Source of the DNA: Azolla caroliniana
Taxonomy: Eukaryota; Plantae; Polypodiophyta
Direction: 5' to 3'
Assembly (NCBI GenBank): GCA_043228905.1
Contig: JBHGNT010000022.1
Span: 7,192,001 to 7,256,000 of the forward strand
DNA: 64,000 bases
Within the stretch, counting starts at the first letter, position 1. Every line of letters begins with the position of its first letter. Of the stretch, positions 11,501-22,152 are shown one piece after another. The position numbers and the translations under genes were made by a program. The notes below the pieces were generated by a model. It ran no database searches and was not told the DNA's origin. It worked only from the letters and a program-made list of their open reading frames with translations.

Positions 11501-12521
11501 TGGTTCCTGTGCCGACTACCTTTGCAAATCCATCATTCCCCATCTTCACAACACCATAGTCACCTGGAGTGTAAGATGAGAAAAAATCCCTTCTGGACGT
11601 AACATGGTGGGAGGCACCACTATCAAGAACCCAAGTGGTTTCATGGCTACTTATGTTAACTTCATTGTAACTTGTACATACAACAAGTAAATCATTAGAG
11701 GAAGCAACATTAACAGAATCGATATTGTCATTCACATTTTTCTTATCTTTCATGTAGTTCGACACCTTATTTTCCTTCCTCCATTTGAAACAATATTTCT
11801 TTATGTGACCTGTCTTACCACAAAAATGACAAACTAAATCTTTATATTTAGACTTTGACTTACTTCTACTTCTACCTTTGTTGTTTCGGTCATCACTCCT
11901 CGTTTGGCTTCTTCCTCTATTTTCAGTAACGAAGGCTTCCATGTTTGATGTTGCTCCTTGCGTCCTTCGCCGCATTTCTTCATTTAGAATTCCACTCTTC
12001 ACAAGTTCCATTGTCATACCTCCCTTAGGAGCCGCACTAGCTAAAGTAACCCTAAATGTTTCCCATGACTCGGGAAGAGTATTTAGCAACCATAAAGAAA
12101 GAACTTCTTCTTCAAAGTTTATACCCATGCTAGACAATTGATCAAAACATCCTTGAAAATCATTTAAATGATCTAAAACCGACTTATTTTCTTTATAAGT
12201 CAAATGCATTGCTTGTTTAGGTAAAAACAACTTATTGTTACCGGTTCTAGAAGCATATAAGGTTTCTAATTTATTCCACAAAGTCTTTGCATTTGTTTCA
12301 TTCACAACATGATTCAAGACATTATCTCCTACCCATTGTCGAATGAAAGCACATACTTGTTCATTTTCAAAATCCCACTCATTATTTTTCTTTTCGCGTT
12401 TAATTTTTGCAAATATAGGTAAATGCATATTTTTAACAAAAAGCAAATCTTTCATTTTTCCTTTCCATTTTTGATAGTTCGTGCCATTTAAAACAACCAT
12501 TGTTGATGTGTTTGCCTCCAT
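8508..12521 (-). CDS. Copia Gag-Pol polyprotein, 1337 aa (Gag-CCHC-PR-IN-RT-RNase H)
   Basis: CHFCGKTGHIKKYC, WVLDSGAS, WHKRLSH..CDHC, VHSDVCGP/RSDNGGEY/NGLAER, LDVKTAFLHG, YVDDM, TDADMAG, RTKHIDVRYH. Confidence 0.98.
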   Translation of the reverse strand: MEANTSTMVVLNGTNYQKWKGKMKDLLFVKNMHLPIFAKIKREKKNNEWDFENEQVCAFIRQWVGDNVLNHVVNETNAKTLWNKLETLYASRTGNNKLFLPKQAMHLTYKENKSVLDHLNDFQGCFDQLSSMGINFEEEVLSLWLLNTLPESWETFRVTLASAAPKGGMTMELVKSGILNEEMRRRTQGATSNMEAFVTENRGRSQTRSDDRNNKGRSRSKSKSKYKDLVCHFCGKTGHIKKYCFKWRKENKVSNYMKDKKNVNDNIDSVNVASSNDLLVVCTSYNEVNISSHETTWVLDSGASHHVTSRRDFFSSYTPGDYGVVKMGNDGFAKVVGTGTICLQTNTGFKLILHQVRHVPDIRLDLISTGTLDDKGYSHASQNGKWKICKGSMIIAKANKCCHNGLYLLQASVSTNFFNAVENQDVSKLWHKRLSHISEKGLDFLAKKNVLPGLKDVKLDTCDHCLAGKAKRVSFKHSSLRRKGILDLVHSDVCGPLKVRSMGGALYFVTFIDDHSRKLWVRMLKSKDQVFDVFKEFHVFVERETGKKLKCIRSDNGGEYCGSFDAYCREQGIKHQRTPPKPPQLNGLAERINRTLVERVRCLLSDARLPKSFWGEALNTVAHIINLSPTTALQGDVPNRVWYGKDVSYDYLSVFGCKCFVHIPKDERSKLDAKSKQCIFIGYGQDDFGYRCYDPVGKKLIRSRDVVFIEDQTIEDIDKAERSNTPSDGDLVDIEPIPMMDDDTQESASQQEEQHEDVVEPLIIDDASNDVVLPETGLEWGEELPLQEVANQPLRRSTREQRPSMRYPSSEYVLLTNDGEPESFHDVQTLKDKDSWVEAMHEEINSLKKNNTFELVELPKGRKALKNKWVFKLKRGDDNFIKYKARLVVKGYGQKKGIDFDEIFSPVVKLSSIRIVLGLVASLNLELEQLDVKTAFLHGDLDEEIYMEQPEGFKEKGKEHLVCRLKKSLYGLKQAPRQWYKKFDSFMVNQGYKRTNADHCVYVKQFEDGNFIILLLYVDDMLIVGQDLNMINRLKVELSKTFDMKDLGSSKHILGMQITRDRESKKLWLSQETYIERILERFNMQYSKPVSTPLATHFKLSRKCCPITEEERDEMSSIPYASAVGSLMYAMVSTRPDIAHAVGTVSRYLSNPGKSHWNAVKWILRYLRGTSKLCICFGGSKPILEGFTDADMAGDLDGRKSTSGFLFTFAGGAISWQSKLQKCVALSTTEAEYIAATEAGKEMLWMKRFLLELGLSQLTYVVFCDSQSAMDLSKNSMYHSRTKHIDVRYHWLRLAIEEQKLQLEKVHTDDNVADMLTKVVPREKLELCAKLAGMEMN

Positions 12522-12552
12522 TTATAATTGAGCAAAAAAAAACACAACCTCC

Positions 12553-12564
12553 GCTCTGATACCA
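12553..12564 (-). promoter_or_regulatory. PBS TGGTATCAGAGC (tRNA-iMet)
   Basis: Canonical plant initiator-Met PBS, 2 nt from the 5' LTR. Confidence 0.97.
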
Positions 12565-12566
12565 CT

Positions 12567-13389
12567 TGATGAGGTATAGACACGTAAGAGTGTAACACGC
12601 GTCACGTTTTATGCTCGATTATAATGAAAAAAGAAACACAAGAAACACACACAATGGCACAACAAAGATTACACAAGATTTAACGTGGAAAAACCCTCAA
12701 TGAGGGAAACAACCACGGGACAAAAGTCCAAAACCAATCCACTATCAAGAAAGAGATACAACACAAAGTACAAGTTCTACTTCTAGATATACTAGAAATA
12801 TGTAGAGATATGTAGCATAATACTACCGACAAAAATGGTACAATAATCCAAAGGGATAAGACTATCTCTCAAGCATATAGTAGAAAAGAAGAGAGAAGAA
12901 AACCCGGATAAGAATGTCCACAAGTCGAAGTAGTAGCCGTGTAGATCTCACGTTGAGTAGCGGAGATGGAAAGAAGATTAAGAGTAGATGAGTCGAGCAC
13001 CAAGCTTCACCAAGCTCCACCAAGCTTCACCAAGCTTCACTAAGCTTCTCTATGCTTCACAATGCTTCACTCTCCTTCACGCTCTCATGCTTTGTTCTCA
13101 TCTCTTCCCATATATATATATATCTCCTTTCCACCTTCTCTTTGTCTCTCTCAAAACAAAAACGGTCGTTTTGTTTTGTTTTACTCTTTATTATTATTAT
13201 TACTATTATTATTTTCTTTCTTTACTCACTAAAAAACGTAACTTACATTTACCCTTTTAAAGAATAAAGTAAGGGTAATAATTACTAAAGAAACAAAACT
13301 TTTGTTTTGTTTCATATTACTATCTAATAATAATAATAATAAATGTTATTAAAAAAAAACAAAACAAAATAGTGACCGGATAATTAACA
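12567..13389 (-). repeat. 5' LTR of the intact Copia
   Basis: Direct repeat of 7644-8466, adjacent to the PBS. Confidence 0.97.
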
Positions 13390-14329
13390 CTAATTGCCGG
13401 TTCGACACTTCTGGCTGGCTATCTGTATCTGTCAATGTACTTTCGGCTAATGATGACATTTTAAAAACAACACATCAGCTGTGATCATCTTCGTAGGCCA
13501 AACTCTATTCTTCTGCATGGCGTAGGGTTTGGGATGCACAAATCCGATTTCTAATAAGAAATTTGCTCATCCTTCTATTCTCCTTTCTCCGCCTTCCCGC
13601 CCTTCTCTTCTCTTCGGTGCTCTTCTCCACTCTGCAGAAATTTCTCGGTTCTATTTCCTTCCTCTGAATGAATGAAAATGCCTTCCTCTAATTTTGGCAT
13701 TTTGCTCTTCATTTCTCCTTTCCCTCCGCTCCACGTTTTCTCTGCGCTCGATTGACCGTTTCGTGACGAATACAGTTATGCTAATTAACTCCTCGTAATG
13801 ACGCGTAATGGAAGAAGATTCAAGTTATTATTATTATTTCATAACTATTCTGTCCATCCTATAGTATTGACAAATTATAAATCTAGCCTACCCGACTGAA
13901 TGTGCCAGTCCATATCTCGAACTTGATTCATACTTTCCCTGCTCAAACGACAGTCACTTCCTGAATCAGCCACTATGTTCGAAAAACTCTTCGGCTACTA
14001 CCAATTCGGCCAGTACTTTTCGGTTACAATTGACTTGGCAAAGTCTTCCTTTTCAGCCTTCTCTATTATATCCAAGCCAGTTCATCCTACTTCAGGTACC
14101 CTACTATTGGCTGATTCGTTTTAGCTCTTTTTTGTTGAGAGCACAAGCTCAATAGGAGGCCAAAGCCAACTCGGCAAGAGATGGAATGCCTAAGACGATT
14201 TGGTCAACAAGCCGACAAGGCCATAAGGGTAGTAGTTCGAAAGTCCATAAGTGCCGTTAAAACCTACATTCCTATTTTAGTAATAGGAATATTATAGGTT
14301 GTTTAGTGTGAGAGCTAATAAGTGAGAAT

Positions 14330-17300
14330 TGTTGAGCGGGCAAGCTCAACCAGATCCGGATCGGCTGAATAAGCCTGAGCCAGATCGACATCCGGAGCCA
14401 AGAGCCGGATCGGTATCCGGAAACAACCGGCTGGATCAGGGAGACGGATCGGAGAGCCGGATTCAAGTGCGAACCAGAAGCCTAGTAGTAGCCTAGACTA
14501 CTAGGTAGTAGTTGTCTCGTAGTTAGTGTCAGTCTCTCGTAGGAGCATTGAAGTACACTGTACTTCTGTCAGTCCTTCAAGGACTTGTATAAATAGTGTT
14601 ATCAAGCACATTGTATGTATAGAGAGTTTTCGAGTATCTTGAATATAGTTTATGTTCCGTCTCTCTCTCTCTCTCTCTCTCTCTCTTATGTATACGCGTA
14701 CTCTCTGTGTGTGTTAATCTTTCTTCTCATCTTCTGTTGTTATCCGGTTGAGCCGATTTGCCAAACGCTTCCACACATTTACTTGCACATGGTATCAGAG
14801 CGAGAGGGTTGAGAACCTCTACAACCGACAGACGCTTCGAAGACAAACCCTAATACCCAGCCACAACAGACAAAGAACCGAAATGGATAGAGGTATGACA
14901 AGATCATTTCCCATAGAAAAGCTCGATCGGAGCAACTATGCATCTTGGTCATATAAAATGCACTAGTACCTGCTGGGGCATGGATATTGGAGCAATGTGG
15001 AAGGAACCAAAGAGGTAGCACCGGATCTGGCACACAAGGACTTCCCCACATGGGAGCAAGGAGCGAGCCGAGTATTGTACTGCCTCGTGTCTAGTGTGCA
15101 CGATCAGATGCTCAGCTACATCAAAGATGCAAAAACGCCAAAGGAGGCTTGGGAAAATCTCCGGAAGATTTTCGCCGCTAGTACCACGACACGGAAGTTG
15201 CAGCTCTGACAGGAGCTCAACAATATTCGACAAAGGGATATGTTCATGACCGACAACACCACCACGATGAAGGAGATTTGCGACGCCCTCGGGTCCATCA
15301 ACGTGACGGTGGACGAAGACGAGATGGTTCAAATCTGCCTCGGTGGTCTAGCACAACGGTACGGGCCAATTTGAATGGCGATCTGCATGCGGGAGAAACC
15401 ACCGCCCTTCTTCGACTTACAATCAATGTTGATGGTCAAAGAAAACCACGCCAGTGGGTTGAGGACCACTCAATCAAACAACCGGATGTTGTACACGGAG
15501 GCGGATTGGCCCTGTGGGCGTGGAGGACGAGGTGGGTTAGCATGTGGTGGAGGCAGCCGACAAGAGCAGAGCCGAAGGCACATAGATAGTGCAGACAATA
15601 GTTCCGGACCCTCCACAAGCAAGGGGAGTCAAGCTAGTGCCGGAAACTAATAAGGAAAGGACGACACAGAATGTTGGTACTATGGCAAGAAAGGCCACAG
15701 AGAAAGCGAGTGCTGGAAGAAGCATGCCGATTCGGATAAATCCGGATCCGGCAAGACTGGATAGGGAAACCGGCAAAGCTCGCAATTTGCAGAAGGATCG
15801 GAAGGATTCGGAACCGGGAAGACCGGAAAGGGGCCAACCTTTGTGATGAAGCACAAGGCCAACTTGATGAAGAAGACCACTTCCAGAGTGGAGGAAGTGT
15901 GGTACGTTGAGTCCGGAGCATCTAGCCATATGACGAGCCATGAAGAATGGTTCTTGTTTTTAGAGAAACCGAAACAACCGGGGATTGTCAAAACCGGAGA
16001 CGACACCCCTCACCCAATTGTGCATGTCGGAGAAGTCCCTTTAAGCCATGTCGGACAAAAGGGAAAGCTAATGAATGTACTACACGTTTCGACTATCACA
16101 AAGAACCTGGTATTGGTCAGACAAATAGTCGACCAAGGAATGCAGGTGCGGTTTACGCACCTCAGGTGCTTCATCGAGGAAGAAGGCCGGATAATTGTGC
16201 AAGGGTACAGAGAAGGCAGGATGTTCATCGTCAACACTAATGACGTCGGCACCACCATGTTTGCCAAAGGACAGAAGATTGAATCGGACATCAGCCACGT
16301 CAATTACCTGAGGCTTCAAGATTTGCAAATGAAACAAGTTGTGTTCGGATTGCCAATGTTTAGTGGTCGGAAGGCCCAAATATGTGAAGTCTACCAGCTC
16401 GGGAAGCAACACCGGCTTCCATTCCCCACCGAATGAAACCGGAGCCATAACAAGCCCAATTTAATCCATTCGGATGTATGGGGACCGACACAAAACGTTA
16501 GTCTTGGCGGGAGTCAGTATTTTGTCTCCTTCATCGACGACTACAGCCGGCACCAGTGGATCTACCTATCGAGAAGAAAAGCGAAGTCTTTGACTGTTTC
16601 CGGAACCTTCAAAGCTTAGTTGAAAGGGAAACATAGAGGAAGATAAAGTGCCTACGTGGATGGCAGAAAAGAATACTTTTCCGGCCAATTCAACTGTTAT
16701 CTGCAGGAGAACGGAATTCAGAGAGAATTCAGCTGTCGATACACACCGGAACAAAATGGTGTGGCCGAGAGAAAGAAACGATCGATTGTCGACGCGGCAA
16801 GGGCAATGCTAGAGGAGAAGAGCATGCCCAAAATCTACTGGGCTGAGGCGGTGCGGATGGCCGTCTACATCCAAAACTGGATCGGAGACAAGGTGTTTGC
16901 ACATGAGCTGTTTTTCGGGTGCAAGCCGAATTTAAGGCACCTTCGGATATCTGCTAGCATAACATATGTGCATGTACCGGATGAGAAGTGGTAGAAGCTA
17001 GATCCGAAGTCGGAGAAGTGCATCCTAGTTAGTTACTCGCATGAGCAGAAGGGGTATAATTGTTATAACCCCCAGACTAAGCAGGTCTGAGTAAGCCGAG
17101 ATGTCAAGTTTGATGGGTCGGCATCATGGTACTCTCTACCGACTCCAACCTCCAACTCCGACCCGATTCCGGAAGATGAGGCTAGTGAGCCCGAGGAGGT
17201 CCAAGTAGAAGATGAAGACTTTAGCACTCTAGAAGAGAGTCCGATCTCATTCTGGCTAAGTGGGCCAAATGAGCGGCTGAGTCGGGATGACTAGTAGTGG

Positions 17301-19113
17301 AGACTCTGTCGTGCTCTCCCCGCGCAAGGAGTCGAAGAGATGGTTCATGCGCAAAGAGAAGGGGAAGAAGAAGATGCTAGAATACGATACTGGTAGTGAA
17401 GGGTTAGATTGAAGCGAGTCTGATCCCGAAAAGGGAGAAGGCAGTTCTTTAGAAATGAAGTCTAGAGCGGCCAAGAAGGGTCTCAAACTGGGTAATGACA
17501 AGTTACGCCGGTCATCCTGCTAGAAGAATCCCGTAAAGAGATACTGGTATAATGAGTACATGGCACATCACTATGCGTACATGAGTAAGGTGGCAGAAGT
17601 GCGGGAGCCGGAGAGCTACGCAGAAGTGGCAAAGGATGCAAATTGGCGTGCCGCTATGGAAGAAGAAATGCAGGCACCCGATGCCAACGACAATTTGGGA
17701 CTTGGTTGACCCTCCCCGACACTGTAAACCGATTGGTTACAAATGGGTGTACAAGGTAAAGTACAATGTTGATGGTTCGGTCAACCAGTACAAGGCCCGG
17801 TTAGTGGTGAAGGGATACACACAGACCCATGGAATCGACTACGACGAGACCTTTGCTCTGGTAGCGAAGATGACGACGATTCGTGTGGTCTTGGTTGTTG
17901 CTGCAACAAGGGGGTGGCATCTTCACCAAATGGACGTGAAGAATGTGTTTCTTCAAGGCGATCTTAAAGAACGGGTCTATATGACCCAAACCCCTGGTTT
18001 CCAATCGGAGATGAACAAGTCGGTAGTGTGCCAACTGAAGAAGTCGCTTTTCGGTTTGAAACAAGCCCCCCGAGCTTGGAATGCGAAGATCATGCAATAG
18101 TTGCGTAAGATGGGGTTTATGTCCTCTAAGTCCAACTCTTCATTGTTCATCCGGAATGGTCCAGATGGTCCGGTTTGTATTTTGCTTTATGTATATGATT
18201 TAGTCATCACCAGACCCAGACTCGATGAAATCGGCCGAGTGAAGTCCCAACTATCGGACGCATTTGAAATGAAGGACGTGGGGGACCTTCATTATTTTCT
18301 TGGGATCGAGGTGATCTGGACCCTCGATGGAATATTGCTCTCACAACGCCATTATATGTTGAATATGCTGTACAAGTTCAGTATGACGGAATGCCAATTG
18401 ATCTCTACACCCTTGGACCGAAACCTGAAGCTACGTCCCAACTCCGGCTTGGCCTGCAATGAGAAATGGTTCCGACGAATTGTCAAAAGCGTCATTTATT
18501 TAACAATCACTCGACCCGACATCAGTTATCTGGTCGGAGTGAGCAACTAGTTTATGTAGAAGCCGACCGTGGAGCACCTTCAGTGCGCGCATCACCTAAT
18601 GCGATATGTGAGCGGCACAGACCGGGGACTGTTATACCGGTATGGTATAACTGAAGAGTTAGTCGGAAACACTGATGCCAACTGGATTGGTGATGCATCG
18701 GATCGCCGATCCACCTCCGGTTACATGTTTTCTGTAGGTAGTGCGACTGTCGTGTGGAGTAGCAAAAAGTAGCCGACAGTGGCTCTGTCGAGCACTGAGG
18801 CTGAGTACCGGGGCACTACCAATGCCACATGTGAAGCCATTTGGATTCTGCGACTACTGCGTGACCTCCGGATCGAGGTCCTGACCCCGATCTTGATCTA
18901 TTGTGACAACATGAGCAACATTCAACTTGCCAAGAACCTTGTATTCCATGCTTAAACAAAGCACATAGAACTGCATTATCACTTCGTGCGTGAGCAGGTC
19001 GTGAGTGGTGAAGTTGACCTTCGATATGTTCGGACGGATATCTTCACCAAACCGCTCGGATCGGACTTGTTGCAGCACTTCACCGAAATGCTCGGTGTTC
19101 AGCAACTCGACGT
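14330..19113 (+). mobile_element. Degenerate Ty1/Copia; 5' LTR 14330-14789, gag-pol from about 14883, 3' end lost after the Gypsy insertion at 19114
   Basis: TGTTGAGC...TTGCACA then TGGTATCAGAGC (14790-14801). Fragments [55 protein letters not shown] with many stops. Confidence 0.92.
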
Positions 19114-19247
19114 TGTCGTGACGATTTTTGGCTACGGTGTGAAACCGAGTGAGACGAATAAACCAAGGATGTGCAACATTGCACATGCACTTAGAAAATA
19201 AGCCTAAGGCCTAGTGGCACTTGAGTTCATACAGAGGGGTGCAAGCA

Positions 19248-19301
19248 AGGTTTGAACCTTGCACCTCTAAGATACAAGATAATTGCCTTACCACTAGGAC
19301 A
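19248..19301 (-). promoter_or_regulatory. tRNA-like Pol III A-box/B-box module in LTR U3 (antisense)
   Basis: A-box-like TGTCCTAGTGG(TAAGG), B-box GGTTCAAACCT within a GCAAGG/CCTTGC hairpin, starts 43 nt apart. Confidence 0.75.
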
Positions 19302-19799
19302 ACTATCATATAGTGTAGATTTTATGTATTTACTTTTCATATATGAATTATAGATGAAACAACCATTAGAAAACCATGTGCACAAAACCATGGTTCTAAA
19401 CCCATGGTTTGTGCATGACATAAGCAAAAATGTGTGCACAAACCATGGTTTTAGCCCATGGTTTTGTGCATGTCACAAGCATGGAAAGACCTATAAAAGC
19501 CTCTAGTTGGGCTTGTGTAAGGGGGGCTCCATATGTGATATCACCAACACCATATCATCAATATAATTATATTTGTCTTTATCTTCTTCATATTTTTCTA
19601 CTTCTCAAGTGTACAATCTTTCTTCTTCTCAAGTAAACAAATTTCATCTATCTTACATTGATTGTCATATCTTCGATAATTCTACAAACATCCTCCCCAG
19701 TCCAAGACCCTGGTGGTTGGTCGAGTAGCACACGCACACGCGAATCTTCGCGACATCATTTGGTGAACCCAATGTGAAGAGCAGTAGGGGAGGACGAAG

Positions 19800-20828
19800 A
19801 TGGATGGCGAATATCTCATGGAGGCAATGTCAAAAAGGATGATGGAGTTTCTAAGAGAAGGGAAAACACGAAATGAAGCCCAACAAGCCGTTGACAGGGT
19901 AGTCAAGCGAGTGAGCTATTTCAACGACGCTGAAGTCCAAAGTTTTCTAAAAGTCTATAATGCAGAGATGGATTCAAGAGGTGTGGATGAAGCTATGAGG
20001 TTGGAGTACTTTTGTCGGGTAGTGTCTCAACCGATCTTCAAATATGTAAAAGAGCTTCTAAAAGCTCATGATTCGTGGGCGACTTTCGAGAAGGCTCTAT
20101 TGGAGGAATATGGCTATGAGAGTCTAAAGGGACGAGATCGATGCAACTTCGACCAATGGGTTACATCGGCGAAGACCCACCAAGGCGCGACACAAGCACT
20201 CGTAGACTTCGAGCATCGTTTTTCTCAACTGTCGGAGTGGGAACAAAGATTGGTGGGGGTCGATAAGGTCCTTATGTTTGTGAAGTCAATCGATCGAATG
20301 GAAATGATGGCCATCAGCCTTAAACTTGAAGAAGATGATGGTGCAAATGGCCTCATCGAGGATTCGAGCAAAGTGGAAAGTGTATGCCGACTACACGATA
20401 AGGGGCGAGCGAGAATATCGACGACAACAAGACGGCCCATGAGGGATGATCGAAGAGGGGCGAGATGCAGCAACGCGCCACCAACAAAAGAAATAAAGCT
20501 TAAAAGGGAGACAAAACCGAGGCGAATGGTGATCGAGGAAGAAGAGACCTCCCAACAAATGTGTGTTAATGAAGTAACCGATACAAAGGCTCAGGTTCGG
20601 TATGACGGTACCGAGAGAGAAGATGTGAAACAAGTCACCTTCTTGTCTTACGAAGAAACGATGGCCAAGGAGGAGGCCGATGACTCGAGGACGACGAACG
20701 CCACTTCGAGGGAGGATAAATGTTTCGGAACACGCATTGTGTACGAAACATCGGGTGATGAAGGTGCAAGCATGAGAAAAGCTTGCATGATCGAGGGAGA
20801 TAAAGTGTTTGAGTTTGAAGAGATTTAG
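19800..20828 (+). CDS. Gag-like protein with Glu-rich C-terminal tail (342 aa; probably continues past one stop into 20838..21167)
   Basis: VDRVVKRVSYFNDAEVQSFLKVYNAEM and DKVLMFVKSID align with VERLVQRIGQFNGKDVSRYLRDYKAEM and DKVIMFLRVVD in the complete relatives. Confidence 0.75.
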   Translation: MDGEYLMEAMSKRMMEFLREGKTRNEAQQAVDRVVKRVSYFNDAEVQSFLKVYNAEMDSRGVDEAMRLEYFCRVVSQPIFKYVKELLKAHDSWATFEKALLEEYGYESLKGRDRCNFDQWVTSAKTHQGATQALVDFEHRFSQLSEWEQRLVGVDKVLMFVKSIDRMEMMAISLKLEEDDGANGLIEDSSKVESVCRLHDKGRARISTTTRRPMRDDRRGARCSNAPPTKEIKLKRETKPRRMVIEEEETSQQMCVNEVTDTKAQVRYDGTEREDVKQVTFLSYEETMAKEEADDSRTTNATSREDKCFGTRIVYETSGDEGASMRKACMIEGDKVFEFEEI

Positions 20829-22152
20829 GAGGTAGCCATGACAAACGACATCGAGTCGAAGGTGGCTATGGACGAGTTGACAACGGATAGCCATGTCAAG
20901 ACTTTCTTCACACTTGTTCCAAAGACTACGACGGTTGCGCCCGTGTGCCAACGTGAGACTGGAGAGACGGAAGGTGGTGACAGGAAGACAAAGGCCCAAC
21001 ACAAGGAGGAAGAAGTTCGAGGACGAAAGGATATCCCCACACCTATTCTAGAGACTTCGGCGGTTGTGCACATGCGTCAATGTGAGACCGGAGAGACGGA
21101 ATGTGTCGACGAAAAAGTGGAGGACCCGAAGGGCGATGAGGAAGACAAGGTAAATGTGCATGAGTGAAGGGATTCCTTCACACCGGTTCCGAAGACTTTG
21201 GCAGTCGAGACCGTGTGTCGACATAAGACCGAAGATAAAGGAGGTGGCGAAGAGGAGACAATATGGCTTGAGGCGAGCATACACGGAGGGAAAGATATGG
21301 CCGACGAGGAGGCCAAGGATGAAGCCGCGGTTGAGTTCGATGGAGAGGCTACATGCGGGAAGGAAGGAAGAGTCGAGAACTGGTCGAACCGGAAGACGAT
21401 CTGGCCGGGATTCCGGCCCGAACGAAGGAAGATCCACATGGGAGATGATCGACCGGGGCCGTGCTCGAAAGAGCAACGGTTGGTTGCTTCTTGATACTCT
21501 AGGAGATGGTTCCACTTCGGAGGGAGAAGACAAAACCAGAGGTTGATCATCGATCGGCTTTGTAGCTTGCCCAATCGGCATCTGTGTACCCCTCGAGGTG
21601 AATTGGCGTGGCCGACTTATAGAGAATTCCATAGTCCATCGTTCCGCTCACGTATCGTAGCACTCTCTTAGCACAATCCAAATGGATATCTCGTAGCATT
21701 TGCATGAACTAGCTAAGAAGGCCGATTGGATAGCTCCTGTCTCGTCAAGTGATCGTGAGGTAGATAAGACTACTGATCAGTTGTTGATACTGAGTCGGCT
21801 CACACATTGTGGTGCTAGAATTGGCATCTAGTTTGAGGTTTCGGTCGAGAGGTGTTGCCACAGACTTGCACTCAGTCATCCCGAACTTGTATAACAAGTT
21901 GAGAATGTAGTGCCGTTAGGAGATCATAATCTTGGCTGGAGTTTGAATTACCTCGATGCCAAGGAAGTAATGGAGCTCTTTCATGTACTTCATCTCAAAT
22001 TTGTTGGAAAGGAGGGATTTGACCTTGTTCATGTCGACTAGATGCTCACCTCCAATGACCAGATCATCCACGTACAGGATGATGACGATCGGACTTTCAG
22101 AATCGCTTCTTACATAGAGAGAATTGTCGGATTTTGACATTCGGAAGCCGAT

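Larger units (their letters stand above)
7644..13389 (-). mobile_element. Intact, recently inserted Ty1/Copia (Tork/Tnt1-like), 5746 bp
   Basis: Two 823-bp LTRs with only 2 differences seen, perfect TSD CTAAT (7639-7643, 13390-13394), tRNA-iMet PBS, PPT and one uninterrupted ORF. Confidence 0.98.
19114..21458 (+). mobile_element. Truncated non-autonomous derivative of the tRNA-Trp-primed Gypsy group (LTR 19114-19755, gag plus acidic tail)
   Basis: TGTCGTGA...TCGCGACA LTR, PBS TGGTGAACCCAATGTGAA at 19761-19778, gag similar to those at 31861 and 46043. No pol and no 3' LTR; abrupt junction at about 21459. Confidence 0.8.

Noticed and set aside
8508-12521. Horizontal transfer of the AT-rich Tork-like Copia from seed plants
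   Set aside because: Composition and family resemblance alone are insufficient, and an older Tork-like copy (3439-6995) is present in the same window. A phylogeny and synonymous-distance comparison would be needed.
21515-21530. TTCGGAGGGAGAAG resembling the Gypsy PPT
   Set aside because: It is the reverse complement of Copia RNase H coding sequence (GFVFSLRSG), and no LTR follows.
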